DNA from: Hyalangium minutum
Lineage (GTDB): Bacteria; Myxococcota; Myxococcia; Myxococcales; Myxococcaceae
Length of the DNA: 124,000 nucleotides
Assembly: GCF_000737315.1 (NCBI RefSeq)
Contig: NZ_JMCB01000004.1
Span: forward strand, 144,001-268,000
Direction of reading: 5' to 3'
Made by a program: the position numbers and the translations under genes. How positions within the stretch are numbered: the stretch's first letter is position 1; each line of letters opens with the position of its first letter. The notes under the pieces are model-generated. The model was not told where the DNA came from, ran no database searches, and worked only from the letters and a program-made list of their open reading frames with translations. Of the stretch, positions 38,777-49,377 are shown one piece after another.

Positions 38777-38854
38777 CGGTCAGCTGTGGCCACCTGCTTG
38801 TTGCAGACAGCTGACCGGTCAGCTGTGGCCACCTGCCCGTTGCAGACAACTGAC
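38777..38854. repeat. Two tandem 39-bp units, each with an internal inverted repeat
   Basis: cggtcagctgtggccacctgc-nn-gttgcagaca(g/a)ctgac x2; GTCAGCTGT...ACAGCTGAC arms. Confidence 0.85.
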
Positions 38855-39030
38855 TGCGCTGGGAAGCGGTGGGCCCCTACACCGGAGTTGGCCGCCCCCT
38901 TCTTGCGTGAGCTTATGCCCACCTTTGCCGACCTGTGCCTCTGTTCCGACCCACCGGGTGGGTGGGTACCCGCGAGCGGCTGCTCCCGCTGGTGGTATGG
39001 GAGAGGACCCTTGTCTCTGGAGTCCGCGAC

Positions 39031-40281
39031 ATGATCCGCGCCCACCCCCTGCTCGCCGAGCGCCCGGAGGACCTGGAGCCGGCCTTCCGCCGCATGGGGC
39101 TGCCCACGCCCGCCCGCGAGTACCTGCTGGAGAAGCTGCCCCAGTTCCGGTTGCTGCTCACCGGACTGACGCAGGTGGAGGGGCGCTTCCTCAAGGGGCT
39201 GTTCGAGTCATCCGAAGCGCCCGGCCGCGAGGAGTACCCGTCCTATGTCGCGGGTGATCCGCGCACCCGCCTGGGCAGTGGGATGCTCACGGGCCGCCGC
39301 GAGCAGTTCGATCGGTTGATCTCCGCCGCCCGAGTTGATCCGCAGCTCGCCGGGCTCGCTGAGGCGCTGACTCAGGCTCTGGGCTCGGTGGTGGCGCCGG
39401 CGCCGCTCACACTGGGAGGACGGACCTTCACCTTCGGCTCACGCACCTACGTCATGGGTGTGGTGAACGTGACGCCGGACAGCTTCTCGGACGGAGGCCG
39501 GTACGCCTCCTCGGAGACTGCCATCGAGCACGGGCTGAAGCTCGCGCAGGCGGGAGCGGATATTCTGGACGTGGGCGGCGAGTCCACCCGGCCCGGTTCC
39601 CAGCCTGTCTCCGCTGACGAGGAGGTCGCACGTGTGGTGCCGGTCCTTCGGGAGCTGCGCGCGCGCACACAGGTGCCCCTGTCGGTGGACACCACCAAGG
39701 CCTCCGTGGCGCGCGAGGCCCTGAAGGCGGGCGCCTCGCTCATCAACGACATCAGCGGCTTCCACTTTGACGCGGAGCTTCCTCGCGTGGTGGCCGAGGC
39801 ACGCGCCGCCTGTTGCCTCATGCACATCCAGGGTACCCCGCAGACGATGCAGCAATCGCCTTGGTATGAGGACATATTGGACGACGTGCTCGCCTTCCTC
39901 GAAGAGGGGGTGTCACGCGCCGTGGCCGCTGGTGTGGCTCGCGAGTCCATCTTGGTGGACCCGGGCATCGGCTTTGGCAAGACGCTGGGTCACAACCTAT
40001 TTCTCCTTAGGAGGCTGGGTGATCTCAGGGTGTTGGGGCTGCCGCTGCTGGTGGGGACGAGCCGCAAGGGCTTCCTGGGCGCGCTCACGGGCGGCAAGCC
40101 AGCGGGCGAGCGTTTGGCCGCCACCCTCGGTTCGGTTGCAGCGGTGGCGGCCCTGGGTGGCGCGGACTTCGTGCGCGTGCACGACGTGGCGGAGGTCCGG
40201 GACGCTCTGGCAGTGACCGAGGCGCTCCGCGCTGCCTCGGACGGTGGTTCCCTCTATGCCAAGCCGAAGGTGGGTGCTTGA
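39031..40281 (+). CDS. folP: Dihydropteroate synthase with N-terminal extension
   Basis: MGVVNVTPDSFSDGG, DVGGESTRPG, DPGIGFGK, SRK, RVHDV. Confidence 0.93.
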   Translation: MIRAHPLLAERPEDLEPAFRRMGLPTPAREYLLEKLPQFRLLLTGLTQVEGRFLKGLFESSEAPGREEYPSYVAGDPRTRLGSGMLTGRREQFDRLISAARVDPQLAGLAEALTQALGSVVAPAPLTLGGRTFTFGSRTYVMGVVNVTPDSFSDGGRYASSETAIEHGLKLAQAGADILDVGGESTRPGSQPVSADEEVARVVPVLRELRARTQVPLSVDTTKASVAREALKAGASLINDISGFHFDAELPRVVAEARAACCLMHIQGTPQTMQQSPWYEDILDDVLAFLEEGVSRAVAAGVARESILVDPGIGFGKTLGHNLFLLRRLGDLRVLGLPLLVGTSRKGFLGALTGGKPAGERLAATLGSVAAVAALGGADFVRVHDVAEVRDALAVTEALRAASDGGSLYAKPKVGA

Positions 40282-40436
40282 AGGAACAAGTGAGCTAAGG
40301 AAAACGCAGGGTTGGATGGTTGCCTGTCAGCGAACGGCTCCCTAGTTTCGAGCCCGTGTTGGTATGCGCGGTATAAGGCGCTCGGGCGGGGATGCCGGTG
40401 GTGCTCCGGCGCAGGAAAAGGTGAGAGGCGGCACAC

Positions 40437-41828
40437 ATGGCTTACAAGATGAATATGACTCCTAAAGAGGAGCGGACTTCGCAGCGGCTGTTTGGCACGG
40501 ATGGCGTGCGCGGCGTGGCGAACGTCCACCCGATGACCGCCGAGGTGGCGATGCAGCTCGGCCGAGCGCTCGCGTACCTCATCCGCAACGGACCGCACCG
40601 GCACCGCGTCATCATCGGCAAGGACACGCGCCTGTCCGGCTACATGCTGGAGCAGGCGCTCGCGGCGGGCATCACCTCCATGGGCGTGGATGTGTGGCTC
40701 ACGGGGCCGCTGCCCACGCCGGGCATCTCCAACCTCACCACGTCCATGCGCGCGGACGCGGGCGCCGTCATCTCGGCGTCCCACAACCCGTACCAGGACA
40801 ACGGCATCAAGTTCTTCTGGCGCGACGGCTTCAAGCTGCCGGATGAGACGGAGGCGAAGCTGGAGGAGCTGCTGTCCACCGGCGCCATGGACACGATCCG
40901 GCCCACGGCGGACAACATCGGCCGCGCGTTCCGGCTCGAAGACGCCCGGGGCCGCTACATCGTCTTCCTGAAGGCCACGTTCCCCCGCGAGCTGACGCTG
41001 GAGGGGATGACCATCGTGGTGGATTGCGCCAATGGCGCGGCCTACAAGACGGCGCCCTCGGTGCTTGAGGAGCTGGGCGCCAAGGTCATCTCGATCGGCG
41101 TCTCTCCGGACGGCACGAACATCAACGAGAAGTGCGGCGCGCTGCACCCGGAGGGCCTGGCCCGCGCGGTGAAAGAGCATGGCGCGCACCTGGGCCTGGC
41201 GCTGGACGGCGACGCGGATCGGCTCATCGTCGTGGACGAGAAGGGCAAGGTGGTGGACGGCGACGCCATCATGGCCATCTGCACGGGCGAGCTGGTGGCC
41301 CGCGAGCAGCTCAAGAAGAAGACGCTGGTCTCCACCGTGATGAGCAACATCGGCCTGGAGCGCGCGGTGGCGCGCTGGGGCGTGAAGGTGGCTCGCACGC
41401 GCGTGGGCGACCGGTACGTCGTCGAGGAGATGCGCAAGCACGGCTACAACCTGGGTGGCGAGCAGAGCGGCCATCTCATCTTCCTGGACCATTCGACGAC
41501 GGGAGATGGGACGCTGGCGGCGCTGCAGTTGCTGGCCGTCATGTGCCGCCAGGGCAAGCCGCTGAGCGAGCTGGCCTCCATCTTCGAGCCGGTGCCGCAG
41601 ACGCTGCTCAACGTGGTGGTGAAGGAGAAGCGAGAGCTCGGTGAGCTGCCCGAGGTGATGAAGGTCATCCAGAGCGTGGAGCAGCGTCTGGGCAGCGCGG
41701 GCCGCGTGCTGGTGCGTTTCTCCGGCACCGAGCCCAAGGTCCGTATCCTCATCGAGGGTGAGGATGGGGCGCGCAACGAGGCGTACGCGAAGGAGATCGC
41801 TGAGGCGCTCTCGAAGTCCCTGAACTGA
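40437..41828 (+). CDS. glmM: Phosphoglucosamine mutase
   Basis: [35 protein letters not shown]. Confidence 0.95.
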   Translation: MAYKMNMTPKEERTSQRLFGTDGVRGVANVHPMTAEVAMQLGRALAYLIRNGPHRHRVIIGKDTRLSGYMLEQALAAGITSMGVDVWLTGPLPTPGISNLTTSMRADAGAVISASHNPYQDNGIKFFWRDGFKLPDETEAKLEELLSTGAMDTIRPTADNIGRAFRLEDARGRYIVFLKATFPRELTLEGMTIVVDCANGAAYKTAPSVLEELGAKVISIGVSPDGTNINEKCGALHPEGLARAVKEHGAHLGLALDGDADRLIVVDEKGKVVDGDAIMAICTGELVAREQLKKKTLVSTVMSNIGLERAVARWGVKVARTRVGDRYVVEEMRKHGYNLGGEQSGHLIFLDHSTTGDGTLAALQLLAVMCRQGKPLSELASIFEPVPQTLLNVVVKEKRELGELPEVMKVIQSVEQRLGSAGRVLVRFSGTEPKVRILIEGEDGARNEAYAKEIAEALSKSLN

Positions 41829-41859
41829 GCAGGGAGTCAGGCGCCCCAGCGGTGGCGCA

Positions 41860-41882
41860 GGGGCCCTCGGTGAGAGGGCCCC
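41860..41882. terminator. Hairpin between convergent genes
   Basis: ggggccctc-ggtga-gagggcccc. Confidence 0.5.
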
Positions 41883-41893
41883 CGCGGCCGGTA

Positions 41894-44800
41894 CTACGGG
41901 CACACGTCGCGGTCGTACAGCGGGAACACGTGGCCCTCGGCGTTACCCGTCAGCGACACAGCGTAGATGCCACCATCCCAGTTGCCGTTGCTGAAGTTGA
42001 TGCGGGCGTAGGGCGCCAGCACCGTGCCGCGGATGCCGAAGCTGGAAGAGGTGATGCTGGTGGTGTCCACGAAGTTGTAGAGGATGTTGCGCGCGTCGAT
42101 GCCGCTGCTCAGCTGGTAGCCGAAGTTGCGCAGCGTGGCCGAGGCGCCGCGGATGTTGATGATGACCATCGAGCCGGCCGGCACGTTGATGTTCAGCAGG
42201 GCCGCACCGTTGAAGGCGCTGGCGTTCACGTTGAAGATGTTCGTCGTCGTGCTCGTGCCGCGCAGGAAGATGCCGCCCCAGGACTCGCGCGTCGTCGTGC
42301 CGTTGGCCGTCTGGTTCGCCAGGTTGGTGGACAGGGTGCGCAGCTCCGCGAACTTCGCCGCGAAGTCGATGGGCGTGCCCTTGGCCAGGCTGCCCCGGGC
42401 GATCGTCACGCCCTGGTTGGCGCTGTAGTTGTTCCCGTAGAACGTGTTCCCGTACACCCGGCCGTTGGCCAGCGTCAGGTTGCCGCCCGCCACCAGCACG
42501 TTGGAGATGTCGCTGGCCGCCAGGCTGCCGCCCACCGCGAAGTTCGTCATGGAGATGTTGCCGCCCGCCGCCACCTTGCCCTGGACGTCCACGCCCTGGG
42601 TGTAGTCCTCGAGGAGGAAGAGGTTGTAGTCGCTCAGGCGGATCTGGGTGCAGGTGGAGCAGGGGCCCACCGTCAGCGGGCGAACCGCCGTGCCCACGTT
42701 GCCCGCGGCGTCCGCCACCCGGTAGGTGACCGTGTACTGGCCCGCGCGCGTCTGGTCGAGGTTGCTGGTGGTGGTGATGGTCTGCGTCAGGTTCCCCGCG
42801 CACTGATCCGACGCCGTGGCGCCCGGATCCACGTAGGGCGAGCCGTTGCACGCGACGGTGGTGGCGCCAGCGCGCACCTGGATCTGCGGAGCCAGCGTGT
42901 CACGCACCGTCACCGAGCGGGAGGCCGCCGCCGTGCCCGTGTTGCCGGACGGATCCACCGCCTTGTAGCTCAGCGTGTAGGTTCCCAGCTGCGCCGTGTT
43001 GACCGAGCCCAGGGTCTGCGTGGCCAGAGAGCCCGCGCACGCATCGCTCGCCGAGGCACCCGGATCCACATAGGCGCCCGAGCCGCACTCCACCTGCGCG
43101 TTCAGCACGCCGTTGATCGTCACCGTGGGGCTGAGCGTGTCCGCCACCGTGATGACGCGGCTGGCCTCGGGGGCCGCGTGGTGGGACGGATCGCTCACGT
43201 TGTAGCGCAGGACGTAGGCGCCGGGGACCTGCGGGTTCACCGTGCCGCTGCGCGTGATGGAGGCCGACAGATTCCCCGCGCACCGGTCCGAGGCCGAGGC
43301 GCCGGACTCGGTGTACGCCGTGCCGCACTCCAGCTGCTGGTTGATCAGCCCGTGGAGCGTGATGGCTGGCGCCAGCGTGTCGGCCACGGCCACCGTGCGC
43401 GTGGCAGGCTCAGAGGTGTTGCCCGCCGAGTCCGTCGCCACGTAGGTCAGCGTGTAGTTCGCGCTCGGCACCTCCAGGTTCACCGAGCCCGTCCGGGAGA
43501 TCTGGTCGCCGTACAGAGGGCCCTCGCACAGGTCGCTGGCGGGAGCACCCGGGTCCGTATAGGTGGCGCCCTTCGTGCACTCGAGCGTCTCCACCGCCAG
43601 GCCGTTGAGCTCCACCTGCGGCTTCACCCGGTCCAGCACCGTCACCACCGCCTTGCACGAGGACTGGAGGCCCTCGCGATCCGTGCACGTCAGGTACACC
43701 TCCGTCTCGCCGATGTCATACGGGCCCGTCGGGCTCTGCGTGCAGCCCGCCATGTCACCGTCCGGATCGCTAGAGCCCTGGTCCACCACCGCGGTGACGC
43801 CGCAGGTGTACTCTGCCACCACCGTCACGTCCTGGCAGCGCGCCACCGGGGGCCGCGGCAAGGTGGGCGGAGGCGTCTGCTGCGAGCGCTTGCAGAACGA
43901 GGTGCAAGTCCCCACCCGGCCCTCGGTGTCGCCGCTGCGGCCGTTGTGGATGCCCTCGTCGCACTCCTCGCCGAACTCCGTGTCCACGTGGCCGTCACCG
44001 CACCAGTTCATGTGGCACGAGAAGGAGCATGTCGAGGAGGCCAGCGTCCCCGTCTGCGCGGGGGTGCCGTTCAGCCAATCGCCCATGTCGCACTCCTCAC
44101 TCGAGGGCGCCTCAGAGAGTCCACAGCCCGCTCCCAGCGTCATGGCGCCGCGCACCAGCAGGTAGGGCGTGCCCGTCAGGAACGTCTCCGTGCCCGGATC
44201 CATCAGGAAGTCCGACATCACCTGCTCGCCGGGGATGGGTCCGTCCGAGGAGCTCAGCGCTATCGCGGCATACGAGAAGTTGCGCTTCGGGTAGCCGGTG
44301 AACACCGAGCGCGCCACGCAGCCGTTGTCGCCGCTCAGCTGGCCGTCCATCAGGTTCTGGGAGACCAGGTTGTTGTACATCTCGAAGATGTGGCCGGAGC
44401 TGGGGCAGCTCGCCATGCCCTGCACCGTGAAGGTGCCGAACGGCTCCAGCAGCTTCACCTGCGTGGGCGCCTGGGCATTCTCGTACGCGCAGCCCAGCGC
44501 GATGTACATGCCCGTGCGGTACTGCTGCGAGTTGAGCACGTGGCTGATCGCGTTCTCCACCAGCTGCGGCGTGCCATTGGTGACCGGATCCGTGCTCAGG
44601 ATGGCCACGTCACCGTCGACGATGATTCCCCAGCGGTCGCGCGTGTCGATCGCAGCCTGGAAGGCGGCCTCGCCGCTCTGGCACGCCCCATCACCGATGA
44701 TGAGGGCGCGGTAATCCATGAACTGATGCGCCGTCATGGCCCGCCACTGCTCCGGCGTCACCACGTCGATCTGAGTGAACGGAGAAGCCGCGGCCACCGC

Positions 44801-44995
44801 CTGTGCCTCGCGGCTCTCCAGCCCACCCGAGACGCTGCTGCCCAGGATGAGGACCTTGTCGCCGCTGCGCATCTGCTGAGAAGAGGTGCTCGGGGCCGCC
44901 GGGGCCGCCGAAGGCGTCGGAACTGCCGCCTCCCGGCCACACCCGAAGGCCGCCAAGGTGGTGAGCAGCCACCCGGTTCGGAGGAAGGAGCGCAT
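41894..44995 (-). CDS. Secreted lipoprotein with DUF5011-like Ig repeats and choice-of-anchor-A C-terminal domain
   Basis: Lipobox AFGC; four YxDPGAxAxDxC repeats; DVQGKVAAGGN and GTVLAPYA C-domain; Cys-rich CGDG..EECD repeats. Confidence 0.75.
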   Translation of the reverse strand: MRSFLRTGWLLTTLAAFGCGREAAVPTPSAAPAAPSTSSQQMRSGDKVLILGSSVSGGLESREAQAVAAASPFTQIDVVTPEQWRAMTAHQFMDYRALIIGDGACQSGEAAFQAAIDTRDRWGIIVDGDVAILSTDPVTNGTPQLVENAISHVLNSQQYRTGMYIALGCAYENAQAPTQVKLLEPFGTFTVQGMASCPSSGHIFEMYNNLVSQNLMDGQLSGDNGCVARSVFTGYPKRNFSYAAIALSSSDGPIPGEQVMSDFLMDPGTETFLTGTPYLLVRGAMTLGAGCGLSEAPSSEECDMGDWLNGTPAQTGTLASSTCSFSCHMNWCGDGHVDTEFGEECDEGIHNGRSGDTEGRVGTCTSFCKRSQQTPPPTLPRPPVARCQDVTVVAEYTCGVTAVVDQGSSDPDGDMAGCTQSPTGPYDIGETEVYLTCTDREGLQSSCKAVVTVLDRVKPQVELNGLAVETLECTKGATYTDPGAPASDLCEGPLYGDQISRTGSVNLEVPSANYTLTYVATDSAGNTSEPATRTVAVADTLAPAITLHGLINQQLECGTAYTESGASASDRCAGNLSASITRSGTVNPQVPGAYVLRYNVSDPSHHAAPEASRVITVADTLSPTVTINGVLNAQVECGSGAYVDPGASASDACAGSLATQTLGSVNTAQLGTYTLSYKAVDPSGNTGTAAASRSVTVRDTLAPQIQVRAGATTVACNGSPYVDPGATASDQCAGNLTQTITTTSNLDQTRAGQYTVTYRVADAAGNVGTAVRPLTVGPCSTCTQIRLSDYNLFLLEDYTQGVDVQGKVAAGGNISMTNFAVGGSLAASDISNVLVAGGNLTLANGRVYGNTFYGNNYSANQGVTIARGSLAKGTPIDFAAKFAELRTLSTNLANQTANGTTTRESWGGIFLRGTSTTTNIFNVNASAFNGAALLNINVPAGSMVIINIRGASATLRNFGYQLSSGIDARNILYNFVDTTSITSSSFGIRGTVLAPYARINFSNGNWDGGIYAVSLTGNAEGHVFPLYDRDVCP

Positions 44996-45318
44996 TGTTG
45001 GGAGACCCACAGGATTCCAGGAGAGGGACAGGCGCATGAGCAGGGTTCCTTCTTCTTGGTTTCTAAGAATTCGATTAAATCTCGGAAGACCGTGAGATAT
45101 TGAATTCCAGAGAATGATTCCTGTTCAGGCGGATAATTGCAAGCACACCTGAAATAAAGAGCTGGCGGAAGGTGAGCAGAGCCGCCGCCATTTCCCCAGG
45201 GCCTCACCGTGTGTAGCGCGGTGTCCCCGCAGCGGCTGCGGGCCGAGTGTTCCAGTGTATGGGGAATGTTGACATCGCTGTGGCAGGCCCCAATAGAGGA
45301 AGGAGCAAGGAGCGGCCC

Positions 45319-46044
45319 ATGGGACAGCGGTTGGGTGTGAACGTGGATCACGTGGCGACGCTGCGGCAGGCGCGGCGCACCACGTATCCGGATCCAGTCA
45401 CGGCGGCGGCGCTGGCGGAGCTGGCCGGCGCGCAGCAGATCACCATCCACCTGCGCGAGGATCGCCGCCACATCCAGGACCGCGATCTGCGCATCCTCCG
45501 GGAGACGTGCCAGACGCTGCTGAACCTGGAGATGGCGGCCACCACGGAGATGGTGAAGATCGCCTACGAGTACAAGCCGGACGTGGCGACGCTGGTGCCC
45601 GAGCGCCGCGAGGAGCTCACCACCGAGGGCGGGCTCGACGTGAACGGCCAGCGCGAGCACGTGGCCAAGATCATCAAGAACCTCAAGGACGGGGAGATCA
45701 CCGTCTCGCTGTTCATCGATCCGGACCTGGATCAGGTGCGCGCGGCGCACAAGGTGGATGCGGATCGGATCGAGCTGCACACCGGCCGCTACTGCGAGGC
45801 GCGCAACGAGCGTGAGCGGGGCCGGGAGCTGAGCCGCATCATCGATGCCTCCAAGGCCGCCGCGAAGCTGGGCATGAGCGTGGCCGCGGGCCACGGGCTC
45901 AACTACGACAACGTGCAGCCGGTTGCCCGCATCCGGGAAATCGACGAGCTGAACATCGGGCACGCCATCGTGGGCCGCGCGGTGCTGGTGGGCTTCGAGC
46001 GGGCGGTGCGGGAGATGCTGGAGCTGATGCGCAACCCGGGGTAG
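45319..46044 (+). CDS. pdxJ: Pyridoxine 5'-phosphate synthase
   Basis: [35 protein letters not shown]. Confidence 0.96.
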   Translation: MGQRLGVNVDHVATLRQARRTTYPDPVTAAALAELAGAQQITIHLREDRRHIQDRDLRILRETCQTLLNLEMAATTEMVKIAYEYKPDVATLVPERREELTTEGGLDVNGQREHVAKIIKNLKDGEITVSLFIDPDLDQVRAAHKVDADRIELHTGRYCEARNERERGRELSRIIDASKAAAKLGMSVAAGHGLNYDNVQPVARIREIDELNIGHAIVGRAVLVGFERAVREMLELMRNPG

Positions 46045-46046
46045 CG

Positions 46047-46424
46047 ATGGCGATCGTCGGCCTGGGGATGGACATCTGCTCGGTGGAGCGCATCCAGCGC
46101 ATCCTGCAGGGGCCTCGTGCCGAGCGCTTCCTGGAGCGCGTGTACACGGATGCTGAGCGCGCCCTGTGCAGCGAGCGGGCGGACTCCGCGAGCGCCTATG
46201 CCGCGCGCTTCGCCGCGAAGGAGGCCCTGGTGAAGGCGCTGGGGGCTCCGCCGGGGATTCGCTGGCGGGACATGGAGGTAGTGCGCACCGGTGGCATGCC
46301 GCGCTTCACCGTGTCCGGCGTGGCCCGCGAGGTGATGGAGCAGCGGCGCGTAGAGGCGCTGCTGACGATGACCCACGACGCAGGGGTGGCTGCGGCCACC
46401 GTCATCCTGCAGGAGCGGCCTTGA
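46047..46424 (+). CDS. acpS: Holo-ACP synthase
   Basis: GLGMDI, AARFAAKEA.VKALG, THD. Confidence 0.93.
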   Translation: MAIVGLGMDICSVERIQRILQGPRAERFLERVYTDAERALCSERADSASAYAARFAAKEALVKALGAPPGIRWRDMEVVRTGGMPRFTVSGVAREVMEQRRVEALLTMTHDAGVAAATVILQERP

Positions 46425-46425
46425 G

Positions 46426-47958
46426 ATGCAGAGCGCCCTGACCGCCGCACAGATGCGCCAGGCAGAGCAGGCCGGCGACGACCAGCTGGGGATGTCCTCG
46501 GCGCTGCTCATGGAGAACGCGGGCCGGGCGCTCGCGGACGCGGCGCGGAGCGTGGTGGGGCCGCAGGGGCGGTTCCTCGTCGTCTGCGGGCCAGGGAACA
46601 ACGGCGGCGATGGGTTCGTGGCGGCGCGGTTCCTCCTGGAGGGCGGGGCCCGGGTGTCCGTGGCGCTGGTGGGCGACAAGTCGAGGATGTCCGCCGAGGC
46701 CCAGCGCGCCATGAAGGGGCTCGTGTCGTTTGGCATCGCGCCGCAGCCGCTGGAGGCGCTCTCGCGGCCGAGGGCCGGAGACGTGGTGGTGGATGCGATC
46801 TTCGGCACTGGGCTGAACCGTGCGCCCGCGGGCCCTTTCGCGGAGGCCATCTTTCGCATCTACCGGTGGCGCAGGATCGGCGTGAAGGTGGTGGCCGCGG
46901 ACGTGCCCTCGGGTTTGCAGAGCGACACGGGGGAGGCCTTCCTTCCGTACCTGGAGGCGGACATCACCGTCTCCTTCGGGTTCCTCAAGCGCGGGCAGGT
47001 GGTGGAACCGGGGGCCTCGCTCTGTGGTGAGCTGCGGCGGGTGGACATAGGCCTGTCTCCGGTGGCGCTCCAGGTGGTCACCGGGCCTGTGCTGCGGGTC
47101 GTGGAGGAGGCGGATGCCCGTGAGGCGCTGCCAGCCCGGCGTTCGGACAGCCACAAGGGGACGTACGGGCACGTGCTGGTGGTGGCTGGGAGCCGGGGTA
47201 AGTCCGGCGCGGCCGCGCTGGTGTCCCGGGCGGTGCTGCGCTCGGGCGCGGGGCTCGTCTCCGTGGCGACGCGAGGGGATGTCTTGGATGCCGTGCTGGC
47301 TCACTCGCCCGAGGTGATGGGGATCCCGATGGAGCGAGCCGGAGCACTCGGGTCCGCGGATCTCAACATCCTGCTGGAGGCCGCTGAGGAGAAGGATGCG
47401 CTCGTCATCGGTCCCGGCATTCCTCGCGGGCCGGAGACGGGCAAGTTGATCGGCGAGCTGCTCGAGCGCGTGGATGCACCCGTGGTGCTCGATGCGGACG
47501 CGCTCAACGCCGTGGCCTCGGATCTGGCGGTGCTGCGCCGCGCGAAGAAGCCCGTCATCCTCACGCCGCACCCGGGGGAGATGGCCCGGCTCACCGGACG
47601 CTCCACCAAGGAGGTTCAGGCGAACCGGCTGGAGGTGGCGCGAGGCTTCGCGACACAGCACGGGGTGACGCTCGTCCTCAAGGGATCTCGGACGATCATC
47701 GCGAGCCCGGATGGCGAGCTCTTCGTGAACCCGACGGGGAACGCGGGCATGGCCACGGCGGGGGCAGGGGATGTGCTCTCCGGCATCTGCGGAGCGTTCC
47801 TGGCGCAGGGAATCCGGGCACCCGATGCAGCCTGGGCCGCTGTCTACGCCCACGGCCTCGCGGGAGATCTCGCTGCGGCCCGGAGAGGGAAGGTGGGGCT
47901 CATGGCCTCGGATATCGCCGAGGGACTGTGCGACGTCTGGACGCGGTGGGGAAGATGA
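46426..47958 (+). CDS. nnr: Bifunctional NAD(P)HX epimerase/dehydratase
   Basis: LMENAG, GPGNNGGDG, DAIFGTG, HKG.YG, LTPHPGEM, AGAGDVL. Confidence 0.93.
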   Translation: MQSALTAAQMRQAEQAGDDQLGMSSALLMENAGRALADAARSVVGPQGRFLVVCGPGNNGGDGFVAARFLLEGGARVSVALVGDKSRMSAEAQRAMKGLVSFGIAPQPLEALSRPRAGDVVVDAIFGTGLNRAPAGPFAEAIFRIYRWRRIGVKVVAADVPSGLQSDTGEAFLPYLEADITVSFGFLKRGQVVEPGASLCGELRRVDIGLSPVALQVVTGPVLRVVEEADAREALPARRSDSHKGTYGHVLVVAGSRGKSGAAALVSRAVLRSGAGLVSVATRGDVLDAVLAHSPEVMGIPMERAGALGSADLNILLEAAEEKDALVIGPGIPRGPETGKLIGELLERVDAPVVLDADALNAVASDLAVLRRAKKPVILTPHPGEMARLTGRSTKEVQANRLEVARGFATQHGVTLVLKGSRTIIASPDGELFVNPTGNAGMATAGAGDVLSGICGAFLAQGIRAPDAAWAAVYAHGLAGDLAAARRGKVGLMASDIAEGLCDVWTRWGR

Positions 47959-48431
47959 GTGCGCCCTCGCTGACGCGCACGCTGCGCTCGGAATCTCCCG
48001 AGGAGACGCACCGGATGGGCGTGCGCCTGGGCGAGCTGCTCCAGCCTGGGGACTTCGTGGGGCTGATCGGCGATCTGGGCGCAGGCAAGACGCACCTGGT
48101 GCGCGGCGTGGCCGAGGGCGCGCAGGTGGCCCGCTCCGAAGTGGCCAGTCCCACCTTCGCCATCGTCTATCCGTACCGGGGACGCATTCCGCTGTACCAC
48201 GCGGACCTCTACCGCATCGCGGACTACGACGAGCTGTACGCCACCGGCTTCCTCGATCTGATCGGAGGCGATGGCGCGGTGCTGGTGGAGTGGCTGGATC
48301 GCGTCCCCCAGGCCGCGCCGCGCGAGTACCTGCGGCTGACACTGCGGCCCGTGGCGGACGATGCGCGCGAGCTGCACGCCGAGGCCTTCGGCTCCAGGCC
48401 CGCGGAGCTGCTCTCGCGCTGGGCTCCCTGA
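47955..48431 (+). CDS. tsaE: tRNA threonylcarbamoyladenosine ATPase
   Basis: GDLGAGKT, SPTF, HADLYR, VEW. Confidence 0.93.
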   Translation: MSAPSLTRTLRSESPEETHRMGVRLGELLQPGDFVGLIGDLGAGKTHLVRGVAEGAQVARSEVASPTFAIVYPYRGRIPLYHADLYRIADYDELYATGFLDLIGGDGAVLVEWLDRVPQAAPREYLRLTLRPVADDARELHAEAFGSRPAELLSRWAP

Positions 48432-48448
48432 GCCGGTGTGACTCGGCC

Positions 48449-49273
48449 TCAGCCCACCACGGCGAGATCCGAGAGGCGCCAGCGATGCAGCGTCAGCCCG
48501 CTGTCCACTCCGACCACCTCGTCCTCGGAGACCTCGTTCCACGCGGTGTGGTTGCCGCACAGCGCCTCGCTGGCGATGAGCAGCTGCTCCACCTTCACGC
48601 CGTTCTGGAGCCGCGCCATCGCGCACGACTCCGAGCGCCGCCCGTCCGACAGGTACAGCGTGCGGTTGCGGCGCGTGGCCACCATCACCTCACCGTTGGT
48701 GACCAGGAAGTTCATCGCCGAGCGATCCTGCCCTGGCTGATCCGTGATGGATGCCACCAGTTGCATCGTCTCGGCCAGCGACGCCGCCACGTCCTCCACG
48801 CGCGCCGTTCCATCCAGCGAGGTCCGCGAGGCCATCCGCGTGAGGAAGACGTGGAAGCAGCGCTCGGAGTCCGTCGTGCCGTGGATGTTCGGGCGCAGAT
48901 CCTCGCTGATGAGCGACTCCACCGCTCGGCGGTGCTGCTCGAAGTTCTTCAGCGTCCCGTTGTGCACGAACGACCAGCGGCCATACAGGAACGGGTGCGA
49001 GTTGCGCATCTCCACCGCTCCCACCGAGGCCAGCCGGATGTGTGCCACCACGGTGTGAGAAGACACCAGGCTGCTCACCCGGAGGAAGTCTGGATCGCTG
49101 TGAGCCGGGCCGACGCCGTGCGCGACCTTCGGGCTCGGATCCACACCATACGCCGCGATTCCCCAGCCATCCTTGTGCTCGCGCGACTGGATGACGAGCG
49201 AGTTCTTCTCGGTCACAAGGGCCGGATGAACGGCGGCGGGAACAGCAGAGCGGAAACCAAAAAGGCGGCACAT
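48449..49273 (-). CDS. Class II glutamine amidotransferase (YafJ/EgtC-like)
   Basis: MCRLFG N-terminal Cys, DGWG, HIR.AS, HPF, HNG, TDSE. Confidence 0.88.
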   Translation of the reverse strand: MCRLFGFRSAVPAAVHPALVTEKNSLVIQSREHKDGWGIAAYGVDPSPKVAHGVGPAHSDPDFLRVSSLVSSHTVVAHIRLASVGAVEMRNSHPFLYGRWSFVHNGTLKNFEQHRRAVESLISEDLRPNIHGTTDSERCFHVFLTRMASRTSLDGTARVEDVAASLAETMQLVASITDQPGQDRSAMNFLVTNGEVMVATRRNRTLYLSDGRRSESCAMARLQNGVKVEQLLIASEALCGNHTAWNEVSEDEVVGVDSGLTLHRWRLSDLAVVG

Positions 49274-49377
49274 AGCGTTCGACCAACAGAATGATAACGG
49301 CCAACCCCGGCCAACGATAAGACGCCTATCGGGCCGAGCAAGGTTCACTATCAAGAGGTCGTCACTCCCCCTCTTAT

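Noticed and set aside
38777-38854. Possible CRISPR array
   Set aside because: Only two abutting units, no unique spacers, no cas genes
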